The notes: generated from the letters alone by a model not told the origin. Shown: positions 18,821 to 30,670, counted from the first letter of the stretch. The stretch is 64,000 nt of DNA from an uncultured Candidatus Binatia bacterium (GCA_965242525.1 OZ251459.1:384001-448000); one strand, 5' to 3'. Translations and numbers: made by a program.

Positions 18821-19756
18821 ATGAACCTGGACAGCATTTCCGTGGAGTCCATCCGCGATTCCCTGAGGGAGCGCAAGTACATCTGCGACCGGAGCCTGGC
18901 CACGGTGGTCTATCTGTCGGTGAAGCTGGGCAAGCCGGTGCTGCTCGAAGGCGAAGCGGGCGTGGGCAAGACCGAGATCGCCAAGGTGCTCTCGGACGTC
19001 CTCGACACCCGGCTGATCCGGCTCCAGTGCTATGAAGGACTGGACGCCAACACCGCGCTGTACGAGTGGAACTACCCGAAGCAGATGCTGCGGATCAAGC
19101 TGGAGGAGGTGGGTTCCCGGGACCGGGAGGCGCTGGAGACGCAGATCTTCTCGGAGGAGTACCTCATCAGCCGCCCGCTGCTCGACGCCATCCGCACCGA
19201 CGGCGCCGCTCCCCCGGTGCTGCTCATCGACGAGATCGACCGGGCGGACATGGAGTTCGAGGCGTTCCTGCTGGAGGTGCTCTCGGACTTCCAGATCAGC
19301 ATCCCGGAGGTCGGCACCATCCGCGCCCGCCGGCGTCCCTACGTCTTCCTGACCTCCAACCGCACCCGGGAGATCCACGACGCCCTCAAGCGCCGCTGCC
19401 TCTACCACTGGATCGAGTACCCCGCGTTCGACAAGGAGTACGAGATCGTCATGACCAAGTACCCGGAGATCCGGACCCTGCTGGCGGAGCAGATCTGCGC
19501 GTTCATGCAACAGGTGAGGCAGATGAACTTCTACAAGCGTCCGGGGGTGGCCGAGACCCTGGATTGGGCGTCCGCCCTGTTGCTGCTGAACCGCGCCGAG
19601 CTGGACCCCGAGATCGTGAAGGAGACCGTGGGCTGCGTGTTCAAGTACCGGGAGGACCTGCACCACCTGGAGGAAGAGCTGTCCGGCGACAAGCTCGACA
19701 TGGACCGGATAATCGAGGAACCCGCCTCGGTGGCGGGCGAGGCGGGACGCCGGTGA
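18821..19756 (+). CDS. MoxR/CoxD-family AAA+ ATPase
   Basis: LEGEAGVGKT, LQCYEGLD, LLIDEIDR, TSNRTREIHDALKRRC. Confidence 0.92.
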   Translation: MNLDSISVESIRDSLRERKYICDRSLATVVYLSVKLGKPVLLEGEAGVGKTEIAKVLSDVLDTRLIRLQCYEGLDANTALYEWNYPKQMLRIKLEEVGSRDREALETQIFSEEYLISRPLLDAIRTDGAAPPVLLIDEIDRADMEFEAFLLEVLSDFQISIPEVGTIRARRRPYVFLTSNRTREIHDALKRRCLYHWIEYPAFDKEYEIVMTKYPEIRTLLAEQICAFMQQVRQMNFYKRPGVAETLDWASALLLLNRAELDPEIVKETVGCVFKYREDLHHLEEELSGDKLDMDRIIEEPASVAGEAGRR

Positions 19757-19781
19757 CGCGGAAGGACCTTCGGGATCGGCC

Positions 19782-21002
19782 ATGGCGAGAGAACTGACGG
19801 ACGAAGAGGTCCTCCGCGCGGTGGAACGCTACCAGCCCCTGCGGGGCCGGGGCACCCTCGCCAACATCCTGATGTTCGGACGGGTGCTCAAGGACCTGGA
19901 TTTCCGGGTCGGCCTGAGCCAGGTCATCGACGCCAACCGGTGCCTGCCGCTCATCGACATCCGGCGCCGGCCCGACTTCCACCGGGCGCTTTCCGCCAAC
20001 CTCCTCCACGACCGGGAGGAGATGGCGCTGTTCGACCGGGTGTTCGAGGCTTTCTGGCAGGGGGACATGGAGATGGATCCTGCCATGGAGACCATGGAGG
20101 TCCCGGCCGGGAACCTGGACGACGCCCCGGACCCGTCGGACGACGGCGGCGGCGACATGGAAGAGACCGCGGCGGAGCAGGAGAGCGCGGGCGACCCCGG
20201 CGCCGACGACCCCGAGCCCGTGCAGGTCCCCGCCTATAGCCCCAACGAGCAGTTGCACGAGAAGGACTTCAGCGAGATGGGCATCGAGGAGAGCCGCGCG
20301 GTGAGCCAGGCGATCCTGCTCATCGCCTCGAAGATCGCCACCCAGGTGAGCCGTCGCAAGAAGCGCGCGCGCCGGGGCGTGGAGATCGACCCCCGCGGCA
20401 CCATGCGGCGCAACGTCAAGTACGGCGGCGAGCTGGTGGAGCTGGTGGCGCGGAAGCGGCGCATCAAGAAGACCCGGGTGGTGCTGCTGTGCGACGTGAG
20501 CGGCTCCATGGACTGTTACAGCCGTTTCCTCATCCAGTTCATGTACGGCCTGCAGAACGAGCTGTGGGGGGTGGAGACGTTCGTGTTCAGCACCACGCTC
20601 AGCCGCATCACCCACCTGATCCGGACCAAGAACATCGGCAACGCCCTGGAGAAGATCTCCCGGAGCGTCCTGGGCTGGTCCGGCGGCACCAACATCGGGC
20701 GCTCGCTGGAGGTCTTCAACCGGGACCACGCGGTCAGCATGGTGACGCACCGGACCGTGGTGGTCATCATCAGCGACGGCTGGGACCGGGGGGACGTGGG
20801 CGTCCTCGAACGGCAGATGCAGGCCCTCAAGCGGCGCTGCGGCAAGATGATCTGGTTGAACCCGCTGCTGGCCAGCGAGAACTACGAGCCCCTGTGCAAG
20901 GGCATGCAGGCGGCGCTGCCGTACCTGGACCTGTTCCTGTCCGCCCACAACGTGAGCAGCCTGGTCCATCTCGGCCACACCATGCGCCGGCTGGTGGCGT
21001 AG
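19782..21002 (+). CDS. CoxE-like VWA domain protein
   Basis: CDVSGSM MIDAS, WSGGTNIG, ISDGWDRG, WLNPL. Confidence 0.92.
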   Translation: MARELTDEEVLRAVERYQPLRGRGTLANILMFGRVLKDLDFRVGLSQVIDANRCLPLIDIRRRPDFHRALSANLLHDREEMALFDRVFEAFWQGDMEMDPAMETMEVPAGNLDDAPDPSDDGGGDMEETAAEQESAGDPGADDPEPVQVPAYSPNEQLHEKDFSEMGIEESRAVSQAILLIASKIATQVSRRKKRARRGVEIDPRGTMRRNVKYGGELVELVARKRRIKKTRVVLLCDVSGSMDCYSRFLIQFMYGLQNELWGVETFVFSTTLSRITHLIRTKNIGNALEKISRSVLGWSGGTNIGRSLEVFNRDHAVSMVTHRTVVVIISDGWDRGDVGVLERQMQALKRRCGKMIWLNPLLASENYEPLCKGMQAALPYLDLFLSAHNVSSLVHLGHTMRRLVA

Positions 21003-21081
21003 GGACGCGCCGGGCGCGCAGGCAGGAGACGCGCCGGGCCGGCGCCGGGCGCGGTCTTGCGGCTCCACCAAGGAGGCACAC

Positions 21082-21411
21082 ATGGATTCCGTGTACGAAG
21101 ACGTGAAGGAGTTCCTCGACAAGGGCGAGACGGTGGCGGTGGCCACCATCGTCTCCACCCGGGGCTCCACGCCTCGGGAGGTGGGCGCCAAGATGGTGGT
21201 GACGGCCTGGGGCGAGATCCTGGGCACCATCGGCGGCGGCTGCGGCGAGGCCGACGTCCGGCGCGAGGCCATCGAGGTGGTGCGGACCCGGAAGCCCCGC
21301 ACCGTGCGCGTGGACCTGCTGGACGACATCTCCTCGGACAGTCCGGCGGTGTGCGGCGGTATCATGAACGTCTTCATCGACCCCTGGTGGAAGGACGAGG
21401 ATGGCGACTGA
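21082..21411 (+). CDS. XdhC/CoxF family protein, N-terminal module
   Basis: GSTPREVGAKM, GTIGGGCGE, CGG. Confidence 0.9.
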   Translation: MDSVYEDVKEFLDKGETVAVATIVSTRGSTPREVGAKMVVTAWGEILGTIGGGCGEADVRREAIEVVRTRKPRTVRVDLLDDISSDSPAVCGGIMNVFIDPWWKDEDGD

Positions 21412-21482
21412 CGGGCGGGCGACCCGCGGGCGCCTCGCCGGGGGCGGGTTCCGGGCGCGGCGCGCCACAAGGTGAAGGACGC

Positions 21483-22253
21483 ATGGACGCACTGGTTCGG
21501 GAGCTGATCGAGGTCAGGCGCGGCGGCGCGGCCGCGGTGCTGGCCACCGTGGTGGAGTCCCGGGGCCTGGACGGGTTCGGCAGCGGCGCCAAGTGCCTGG
21601 TCCGGGATGGCAGGATCGTCCTGGGGGCGCCGCCGGACCCGGAACTGGAGCGGACGCTGCTCCGGGAAGCGGCCGCGCGGCTCTCGGAGGAGCGCTCCGG
21701 GCTCGTGTCCGTGGAGACCGGGTCCGGCGGGCAGGCGGACGTCTTCCTGGAGGTGATGCCGTCGCCGCCGAAGCTGGTGGTGGTGGGGGCGGGGCACATC
21801 GCCGTGCCCCTGGTGAAGATGGCCAAGCTCATGGACTACCACGTGGTGGTCATCGACGACCGCATCCTGTTCGCCAACCGCGAACGGTTCCCGGAAGCCG
21901 ACGAGGTGGTGGTGGGCGACATGGCCCGGACCGTGAAGGAGCTCGACGTCACGCCTTCCACCTACGTGGTCCTCATCACCCGGGGCCACAAGTACGACGA
22001 GCCCTGCCTGCGGGAGCTGCTCCACCGCCCGGCCAGGTACATCGGCATGATCGGCAGCAAGAGGCGGATCAAGGCCTGCTTCGAGAGGTTCAAGGCGGAG
22101 GAAGACGTCTCCGAAGACCTCATTTCCCGGGTGTACGCGCCCATCGGGCTGGACATCGGCACGGAGACGCCGGAGGAGATCGGGTTGTGCATCCTGGGCG
22201 AGATCATCAAGGTCCGGCGCGGCGGAAAGGCGCAGTCCCTCTCCGGGAAGTAG
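21483..22253 (+). CDS. XdhC/CoxI family protein, Rossmann module
   Basis: VVGAGHIA, ITRGHKYD, YIGMIGSKRR, APIGLDIGTETPEEI. Confidence 0.9.
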   Translation: MDALVRELIEVRRGGAAAVLATVVESRGLDGFGSGAKCLVRDGRIVLGAPPDPELERTLLREAAARLSEERSGLVSVETGSGGQADVFLEVMPSPPKLVVVGAGHIAVPLVKMAKLMDYHVVVIDDRILFANRERFPEADEVVVGDMARTVKELDVTPSTYVVLITRGHKYDEPCLRELLHRPARYIGMIGSKRRIKACFERFKAEEDVSEDLISRVYAPIGLDIGTETPEEIGLCILGEIIKVRRGGKAQSLSGK

Positions 22254-22262
22254 CGGCCGCGG

Positions 22263-22685
22263 GTGGAGGGTTCCCGCCACATCCTGGTGAAGGGGGTGGT
22301 GTTCTCGGACCTGGGCCGGGCAGGGGAGTTCCTGAGGCTCGACTGGGTGCGGGACGCCATCCGGGAGAGTGTCGGCTTCGACCCCTTTCCCGGCACGCTG
22401 AACATGCGGGTCCGGGGGGAGGACCTGGGGCGGTGGGAGCAGGTCCGGCGCAGCGGCGAAAAGATCGTCCTGCCGTCGCCCGACCCCGCCTTCTGCAACG
22501 CGTTCCTGCTCACGGGCTCCCTGTGGGGATGGGGCGCGTCGGAGTCGCGCGAACGGGTGGCGGTGGTGGCGCCGGAGGTGGAGGACTACCCCGGCGACAA
22601 GCTGGAGGTGGTCGCCGCGGTCTCGTTGAAGCAGACCCGCTCGGTGCGGGACGGCGACGAGTTGACCGTGGCGTTCGGGGCGTGA
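22263..22685 (+). CDS. Archaeal-type CTP-dependent riboflavin kinase (DUF120) domain protein
   Basis: GVVFSDLGRAGEF, GFDPFPGTLN, LEVVAAVSLK...DGDEL. Confidence 0.78.
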   Translation: MEGSRHILVKGVVFSDLGRAGEFLRLDWVRDAIRESVGFDPFPGTLNMRVRGEDLGRWEQVRRSGEKIVLPSPDPAFCNAFLLTGSLWGWGASESRERVAVVAPEVEDYPGDKLEVVAAVSLKQTRSVRDGDELTVAFGA

Positions 22686-22758
22686 CCCGGACCGGCGCCG
22701 GGAACGGCGCGAGGCGGGGCGCGCGCCGCCCCGGGACAGTTACAGGAGGTAAGTCCAC

Positions 22759-23352
22759 ATGCGCCGTCTCATCGTAGGCATGTCGGGCGCCACGGGCTCG
22801 ATCTTCGGCATCCGCATCCTCCAGGTGCTGGCGCCGATCCCGGACATCGAGACCCATCTGGTCATGAGCAAGGCCGCCAAGATGACCCTCCAGGTGGAGA
22901 CGCCGCATTCGGTGAAGGAAGTGGAGGAGATGGCGGACGTGGCGCACGACATCAACAACGTGGGGGCCAGCATCGCCAGCGGCTCCTTCCGCACCGCGGG
23001 CATGGTCATCGCGCCGTGCTCCATGAAGTCCATGGGCGGCATCGTGCTCTCGGTGGGGGGGGACCTGCTGGTGCGGGCCGCGGACGTGATCCTCAAGGAG
23101 CGCAGGAAGCTCGTGCTGGTGGCGCGCGAGACCCCCCTGCACCTGGGCCACCTGGAGAGCATGGCCACGCTCACGCGCATGGGCGCGGTGGTCTTTCCGC
23201 CCGTGCCCGCCTTCTACCACCGCCCCAAGACCCTGGACGACGTGATCGACCAGACGGTGGCGCGGATCCTGGACCAGTTCGAGGTGGAGACGGACATGTT
23301 CAAGAGGTGGAACGAAGAGTCCCTGAGCCGCTACCCCGGGGCCGGGGAATGA
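22759..23352 (+). CDS. ubiX: Flavin prenyltransferase
   Basis: GMSGATG, IASGSF, APCSMKS, RAADVILKERR, RETPL, PPVPAFY. Confidence 0.95.
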   Translation: MRRLIVGMSGATGSIFGIRILQVLAPIPDIETHLVMSKAAKMTLQVETPHSVKEVEEMADVAHDINNVGASIASGSFRTAGMVIAPCSMKSMGGIVLSVGGDLLVRAADVILKERRKLVLVARETPLHLGHLESMATLTRMGAVVFPPVPAFYHRPKTLDDVIDQTVARILDQFEVETDMFKRWNEESLSRYPGAGE

Positions 23353-23402
23353 AATGATGCGGAGGCGGCCCTTCGAGGCGCGCCTTCCCATGCGGTCTTC
23401 AC

Positions 23403-23888
23403 ATGGCCGATCTCGAAGAACAGGTCCTCGAATACCTGCAGACCCATAACACCGTGACCCTCGGCACGTGCCGGGAGGGGCTGCCGTGGAACGCCACGGT
23501 GTTCTACGCCAGCGACGGGCTCCACCTCTATTTCTTCTCGGCGCCGGACTCGCGCCACTGCTCCAACCTGGCGGAGAACCCCCGGGTGGCGGCGACCGTA
23601 CAGGAAGACTACCGGGACTGGCGCGAGATCAAGGGCATCCAGCTCGAAGGGACGGTGGAACTCGTGGATTCGGTGGCGGCCAAGGCCAAGGCCCTGGCGG
23701 TCTATGCGCGCAAGTACCCGGGGGTCGTCAAGCTGTTCACGGACCCCGGCAGCGGCGTCTATCACCGGGCGTTCCTCAAGGTGAAGTTCTACCGCGTGGT
23801 TCCCGAGAGGTTGTACTACATCGACAACCGGCAAGGGTTCGGCAAGAGGCAGGAGCTGGCTCTGGGCGGGCGCGCGGACGCGGGTTGA
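23403..23888 (+). CDS. Pyridoxamine 5'-phosphate oxidase-like FMN-binding split-barrel protein
   Basis: TLGT...PWNATVFYA...SRHCSNL...IKGIQLEG...DNRQGFG. Confidence 0.85.
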   Translation: MADLEEQVLEYLQTHNTVTLGTCREGLPWNATVFYASDGLHLYFFSAPDSRHCSNLAENPRVAATVQEDYRDWREIKGIQLEGTVELVDSVAAKAKALAVYARKYPGVVKLFTDPGSGVYHRAFLKVKFYRVVPERLYYIDNRQGFGKRQELALGGRADAG

Positions 23889-23925
23889 CGTGCCCCTGAA
23901 CGATCGTCCCCGTTCGTCCGTGTCC

Positions 23926-23963
23926 CCGTTCGTCCTGAGCGTAGCGTAGCGGAGTCGAAGGAC
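23926..23963. repeat. 38-bp REP-like unit
   Basis: CCGTTCGTCCTGAGCGTAGCGTAGCGGAGTCGAAGGAC. Confidence 0.85.
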
Positions 23964-24097
23964 GCGCTTTCCCGAAGGACGGGCTTTCCCACGGGGAGAT
24001 GGAGTTCGAGCCGGGATCCATCGGACGTTCCTCGACATCTTCGGACCGCGGCCGACGGCGCGCCCACAGGGAAACGCGCGCAAGGGAGGAGGATCTC

Positions 24098-24580
24098 GTG
24101 TCACGACTCGTAGGCAAGGAACTCCCGGACGAGCTGTTCGCGCTCATGGCCGGCGGAGAGGCCCAGGCGGGCAAGGTGGTGGTCATGGCCACGGTGGACG
24201 AGAAGGGGTGGGCCCACCCGGCCATGGCCTCCTACTACGAGCTTGCGGCAAAGGGGCCGAGCCGCGTCCACTTGGCCGTGGGCAGGAACAGCACCACGGA
24301 GAGGAACCTCGTGCGCACCGGCGCCCTGACCCTGGTGGTCACCGACCGCGGGGTGAACTTCTACCTGAAGGGGGACGCCCGGCGGACCCGGGAACAGTTG
24401 GCGGACACCCCCTTCGCGCTGTTCCAGGTGGAGCTCCATACGGTGCTGGAGGACCAGGACCCCGGCGCCGCCATCGTCACCGGGGTGCGCTACGAGTGGA
24501 ACCGGAGCCCCGAAGCGGAGTTCATGCAGCAGGTGCTCGACAGGACCCGCGACGCGCTGCGGGCGGCGCCCTGGGAATGA
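24098..24580 (+). CDS. Pyridoxamine 5'-phosphate oxidase-like protein
   Basis: MATVDEKGWAHPAMAS...STTERNL; GGAGGAGG RBS before the GTG at 24098. Confidence 0.75.
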   Translation: MSRLVGKELPDELFALMAGGEAQAGKVVVMATVDEKGWAHPAMASYYELAAKGPSRVHLAVGRNSTTERNLVRTGALTLVVTDRGVNFYLKGDARRTREQLADTPFALFQVELHTVLEDQDPGAAIVTGVRYEWNRSPEAEFMQQVLDRTRDALRAAPWE

Positions 24581-24708
24581 GCGCCAACGAGCGCCGGAGG
24601 GCGCGTCCGGGCCTGCGCTGGCCAGCCGCGGCGGATCGTGCTAGGGGTTGTCCCTGACGCGGGCCGCGGCGTGTCCGCCCACTACAGAAACCCCAAGGAG
24701 GTCCAGGT

Positions 24709-25557
24709 ATGGAACCGGTTGCCATTGACGTGCACGTACACCTTTGCGACGAGTTGACACTCAGTTCCAAGGGCGACCGCCCGAAGCAGATGGCCCAGTA
24801 CTTCAAGAGGGAGCGCAAGCCCGTCTCCATCGACGAGATGGCCGACCAATACCGTGCGCGCAAGATGATGGCGGTGATCCAGAACACCACCGACGAGACC
24901 ATCACGGGGTTGAAGCCGGTGCCCAACGACCACGTGGCCGACGGGGTGAAGCGGAATTCCGACGTCTTCATGGGGTTCGGCGTCATCGATCCGTGGCAGC
25001 AGAAGGTGGCGCTGCAGGAGATCCGGCGCATCAAGGACCTGGGGTTGCACGGCGTGGGCGAGATCAACCCCGCACGGCAGCAGTTCTTCCCCAACGACAC
25101 CCGCTTCTACCCCTTGTGGGAAGAGTGCCAGAAGCTCGACCTGCCGATCCTGTTCCACAGCGGCATGGCCGGGGCCGGGGCCGGCACCCCCGGAGGCATG
25201 GGCAACAAGCTCAAGTTCACCCAGCCCATCCACCTGGACGACGTGGCCGCGGACTTCCCCCAGTTGAAGATCATCTGCGCCCACCCGTCGTGGCCCTGGA
25301 CCGCGGAGAGCCTCGCCATCGCCCGGCACAAGAGCAACTTCTTCATCGACCTGTCCGGGTGGTCGCCCAAGTACTTCGCCGCGGAGCTGGTCCAGCAGGT
25401 CAACTCCATACTCCAGGACAAGGCCATGTTCGGCTCGGACTGGCCGGCCATCGGCGTGGAGCGCTGGCTCGAGGACTTCGCCAAGCTCAGCATCAAGCCG
25501 GAAGTGAAGCAGAAGCTCATGCTGGACAACGCCAGGAAGTTCTTCGGCCTGAACTGA
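24709..25557 (+). CDS. Amidohydrolase_2 family protein
   Basis: IDVHVH, LFHSG, AHPSWPW, IDLSGWSPKY, FGSDWP. Confidence 0.9.
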   Translation: MEPVAIDVHVHLCDELTLSSKGDRPKQMAQYFKRERKPVSIDEMADQYRARKMMAVIQNTTDETITGLKPVPNDHVADGVKRNSDVFMGFGVIDPWQQKVALQEIRRIKDLGLHGVGEINPARQQFFPNDTRFYPLWEECQKLDLPILFHSGMAGAGAGTPGGMGNKLKFTQPIHLDDVAADFPQLKIICAHPSWPWTAESLAIARHKSNFFIDLSGWSPKYFAAELVQQVNSILQDKAMFGSDWPAIGVERWLEDFAKLSIKPEVKQKLMLDNARKFFGLN

Positions 25558-25637
25558 GGCGCCGTCTCCGCATCCGGGCGCTGGAGGAAAGCGGGGCGGT
25601 CCCGGAGGCCCCCTTTCCTCCGCCCCGAGCGCTCCCC

Positions 25638-26987
<1,350 letters not shown>

Positions 26988-26988
26988 C

Positions 26989-28596
26989 GTGATGAAGGAC
27001 GGGACGGAGCCGGCGGCGTTCGCCGCCATCGACGTGGGCTCCAACGCCATGCGGCTCAAGATCGTCGGGTTGGAGGCCGACGGCTCCGTCCGGAGCCTGT
27101 GCCAGCAGCGGGCGCCGGTGCGCCTGGGGCACGAGGTCTTCCTCACCGGCTTCCTCAACGAGGGCCTGATCGAGAAGGCGGTGGAGGCCTTCGGCGAGTT
27201 CCGCGGCGCCATCGACGAGTGGAAGGTGCGGTCCACCCGGGCCATCGCCACCAGCGCCGCGCGGGAAGCCGTCAACGGCGACGTGCTGGTCCAGAGGGTG
27301 TTCAGCCGCACGGGGATCCGCCTGGAGCGGATCTCCGGCGTGGAGGAGGCGCGGCTGGTCCAGCTCGCCGTATCCCGAAGGCTGGACCTGCGGAACAAGA
27401 CCGTGCTGGTCATCGACATCGGCGGCGGCAGCGTGGAGTTCGACATCGTCCGCCGCGGCTCCATCGTCTATTCCAACAGCCTGCGCCTGGGCGCGGTGAG
27501 GATGCACGAGACCTTCCTCCGGAGCGAGCGCGTCTCCGACATCCAGGTGCTGCTGCTCCGGGCCTACATGGACCAGTTGGTGGAAGCGACCCTGAACGCG
27601 GTGAACGAGCACGAGATCGACCTGATCGTCGGCACCGGCGGCAACGTGGAAGACCTGGCCGCCCTCATCGGCGTCGAGTCCGACCGGGAGGCCGAGGGCA
27701 TCCCGAAAGACGTGCGCTTCATTCCCCTGCGCAGACTGCAAACCCTGCTCAAGGAGCTTTCGCGGTTGAGCGTCGCGGAGCGCATGGAGGAATACGGCAT
27801 GAAGCCCGACCGCGCGGACGTGGTGCTGCCGGCCGCGGTGGTGCTCAGCGAGGTGGTGGGCAAGGTCCCGGGCTCGCACGGGCTCTATTCGCCGGACGTG
27901 GGTCTCAAGGACGGCGTGCTGGTGGAGGTCATCGACCGTTTCAAGCGCTCCTGGGACTCGACGTCGGAGGAGACGGAGATCATCAAGGCGGCCACGACCC
28001 TCGGGCAGAAGTACCGCTTCCACCTGGGCCACGCCCGGCAGGTGCGGTACCTGGCGGAGTTGCTGTTCGACCGGCTGGCGCCGTTGCACGGCCTGCCCGG
28101 GGAGGCGCGGACGCTCCTCCGGGTGGCGGCCACCCTGCACGACATCGGCGATTTCGTCCACCTCTCCGGCCACCACAAGCATTCGTTCTACCTCATACGC
28201 AACTCGGAGATCGTGGGGCTGGGGCCGGGCCAACTGGAGCTCGTGGCCAACGTGGCGCGCTACCACCGCAAGGCCTTCCCCAACGCCCAGAAGCACGAGC
28301 CCTTTCGCGCCCTGTCGGAATCCGGGCGGGAATGGGTGGTGAAGCTGGCCGCGGTCCTGCGGGTGGCCGACGCCCTGGACCACGAGCACCGGTCGGTGGT
28401 GGACGACCTGGAGGTCCGCATCCGGCGGCGTTCGGTGACCATCGACCTCCAGTCCATGGGACCGTGCCTGCTGGAGCGCTGGCGCCTGCAGGAGAAGGGC
28501 CGCCTCTTTGAGGCGACCTTCGGCCGGAGCATCGAGTTGCTGGTCAACGCCGCGCGGGTCTCGACCCCGGCCCAATCCGGACCCGCGGCTAATTGA
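26989..28596 (+). CDS. ppx: Ppx/GppA exopolyphosphatase with HD domain
   Basis: AIDVGSN, ATSAARE, IDIGGGSVE, LHDIG, RYHRK. Confidence 0.9.
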   Translation: MMKDGTEPAAFAAIDVGSNAMRLKIVGLEADGSVRSLCQQRAPVRLGHEVFLTGFLNEGLIEKAVEAFGEFRGAIDEWKVRSTRAIATSAAREAVNGDVLVQRVFSRTGIRLERISGVEEARLVQLAVSRRLDLRNKTVLVIDIGGGSVEFDIVRRGSIVYSNSLRLGAVRMHETFLRSERVSDIQVLLLRAYMDQLVEATLNAVNEHEIDLIVGTGGNVEDLAALIGVESDREAEGIPKDVRFIPLRRLQTLLKELSRLSVAERMEEYGMKPDRADVVLPAAVVLSEVVGKVPGSHGLYSPDVGLKDGVLVEVIDRFKRSWDSTSEETEIIKAATTLGQKYRFHLGHARQVRYLAELLFDRLAPLHGLPGEARTLLRVAATLHDIGDFVHLSGHHKHSFYLIRNSEIVGLGPGQLELVANVARYHRKAFPNAQKHEPFRALSESGREWVVKLAAVLRVADALDHEHRSVVDDLEVRIRRRSVTIDLQSMGPCLLERWRLQEKGRLFEATFGRSIELLVNAARVSTPAQSGPAAN

Positions 28597-29275
28597 GGGT
28601 GCGCGGGCCGGAGGTCGGGGTCGCCGGCGGGGCTTCGCCGCCCAACTCCAGCAGGCTGAGGAGGACCTTCTCCCGTTCCCCCGGGGACCCGGCTTCCAGC
28701 AGCGCCTGCTTCTCCGATGGGTGGAAGGGCACGGCGACCCCCAGGGTGTTCACGAGGTCGGCGTCGGGTATGGGGTCGAGCCGGTCCATGTCGATGGCGA
28801 GGCCCCGGGCCTGGGCGTAGCGGCCCAGGGCCCGGGTCAGACGCGGACGATCCACGGCCTCGGCCCCGGCGTCCCGAAGGTCCCCGAAGCACTCGTAGTC
28901 CGGCCGCACGCGCCGGTAGCCGCGTTCGAGGGACAGCTCTTCCCTGACCCGGAAGCGGCTGATCCCCCGGAGCTGCACCATGTAGCGCCCGTCGGCAGAC
29001 TTCTCCCACCGCTCGATGTGTCCGGCGCAACCCACGTCGTAGAGTTCGGGCGCGGCGCCCTCGGCCCCGGGCCGGGGCAGGTTGTCGTCCTGGGGAACGA
29101 AGGGCTGGATCATGCCGAAGACGCCCTCGGCCTCCAGCGCGTCGTGCACCATGTTCCGGTAGCGGGTCTCGAATATGTGCAGCGGCAGCCGCGTGCCCGG
29201 CAGCAGCAGCACCCCGGTAAGCGGAAAGACCGACAGGACCTCGGGCAACGAGACCGAAGCGGCTTTGTCTTCCAT
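28589..29275 (-). CDS. LON peptidase substrate-binding domain protein
   Basis: VFPLTGVLLLPGTRLPLHIFETRYRNMV, VGCAG, EKQALLE. Confidence 0.9.
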   Translation of the reverse strand: MEDKAASVSLPEVLSVFPLTGVLLLPGTRLPLHIFETRYRNMVHDALEAEGVFGMIQPFVPQDDNLPRPGAEGAAPELYDVGCAGHIERWEKSADGRYMVQLRGISRFRVREELSLERGYRRVRPDYECFGDLRDAGAEAVDRPRLTRALGRYAQARGLAIDMDRLDPIPDADLVNTLGVAVPFHPSEKQALLEAGSPGEREKVLLSLLELGGEAPPATPTSGPRTLN

Positions 29276-29500
29276 GCGCACCTCCCTCCACCCGATTATA
29301 GAGCCTGTCCCCGGACGGTCAACCGCGGACGGGGCAGGGGTCGCTTTCGGGCCGGCCCGTCGCGCGGAACGCCGTCGCGTCCGCAGGGGCGGGCCGAGGC
29401 GGAGCCGCGGGCGGACGCGCGCCCGCGCGGGTTGAAGCGGGCGGCGAAACAGGGAATAGTGGGGCTTCGAGTCTGTTTCATGGCTGAAAGGAGCGCCGTC

Positions 29501-30670
29501 ATGTGGAAGGGATTCAAGGTCATCGACGCGGACGCGCACATGCACGAGCCCAAGTACCTGTGGGAGAGGTACGTGGAGCCGGCCTACCGGGACCAGGCGC
29601 CCAAGGTGGCGTTCATGGACGGGGCCTTCATGGTTTACGAGCCGGACGGGCGGATCATCCCCAAGAGCGAGAAGCAGCCGAAGCTTCCGGCCACCGCGTG
29701 GGCCGACATGGAAGCCAAGTACGGGGAAGGGTACCGCACCTGGTGGTCCGCGGAAACGCGCCTCAAGGACATGGACGCCTACGGCTGGGACGTCCAGGTG
29801 CTGCTGCCCACGGGCAACAACGGCAACTTCGCCTACCGGGTGGCCCTCAAGGACGGCAAGCTGGGCGCCGCCATGTGCCGCGCCTACAACAACTGGTGCC
29901 GGGACTACTGCGACGCCGACCCGGGGCGGCTGAAGTTCGTCGCGGTCCTTCCCGGGGGAGACGTGGACGCCATGGTGGTCGAGGCTCGGCGGGCGGTGGG
30001 GGAGCTCGGGGCCGTCTCCGTCCGCAACCCCTTCCTGCCGGAAGGGAAGTGGCTGCACGACTCCGAGAACGACGCGCTGTGGGAGCTGGCCTGCGAGCTG
30101 GACTTTCCCATAACGGTCCACGGCGAGTACCGCCAGCGCCGCTTCCACCCCTTTGCCGGCGGCAACCGCGGCAACGTGGACGACCGGGACCTCCAGCAGC
30201 TCGCCCTGCGGGGCCTGGACCACGCGCTGGGGTTCCCGTGCGACAACATGGCGACCATGGGCCACTTCATCTTCACCGGCATCCTGGAGCGTTTCCCGGC
30301 GCTGCGGCTGGGCATCCTGGAGTCCAACGTGGGCTGGGTCCCGTTCTGGCTCGGGCGCATGGACGAGCACACCCACGGCCGCAACAGCGTCATGGGAAAC
30401 GCGGTGGAGCGGCTGCCGCTGCTGCCCAGCGAGTACTTCGCCCGGCAGGTCACGGTCACGTGCGACAGCGACGAACGCGCCCTGTCGTACGCGGTGGAGC
30501 ACCTGGACGGCGACAACATCGCCTGGAACACGGACTACCCGCATCCGGACGCGCCCCGGCCGGAGAAGGCGCTGCCGGACCTGGATGCGCAGCCCATATC
30601 CGACGAAGCCAAGGGCAAGATCCTGTGGGACAACGCGGTGAAACTCTACGGCCCCCGGATACTTGCGTGA
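29501..30670 (+). CDS. Amidohydrolase_2 family protein
   Basis: IDADAHMHEP, AYNNW, LERFPALR, TDYPHPD. Confidence 0.9.
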   Translation: MWKGFKVIDADAHMHEPKYLWERYVEPAYRDQAPKVAFMDGAFMVYEPDGRIIPKSEKQPKLPATAWADMEAKYGEGYRTWWSAETRLKDMDAYGWDVQVLLPTGNNGNFAYRVALKDGKLGAAMCRAYNNWCRDYCDADPGRLKFVAVLPGGDVDAMVVEARRAVGELGAVSVRNPFLPEGKWLHDSENDALWELACELDFPITVHGEYRQRRFHPFAGGNRGNVDDRDLQQLALRGLDHALGFPCDNMATMGHFIFTGILERFPALRLGILESNVGWVPFWLGRMDEHTHGRNSVMGNAVERLPLLPSEYFARQVTVTCDSDERALSYAVEHLDGDNIAWNTDYPHPDAPRPEKALPDLDAQPISDEAKGKILWDNAVKLYGPRILA

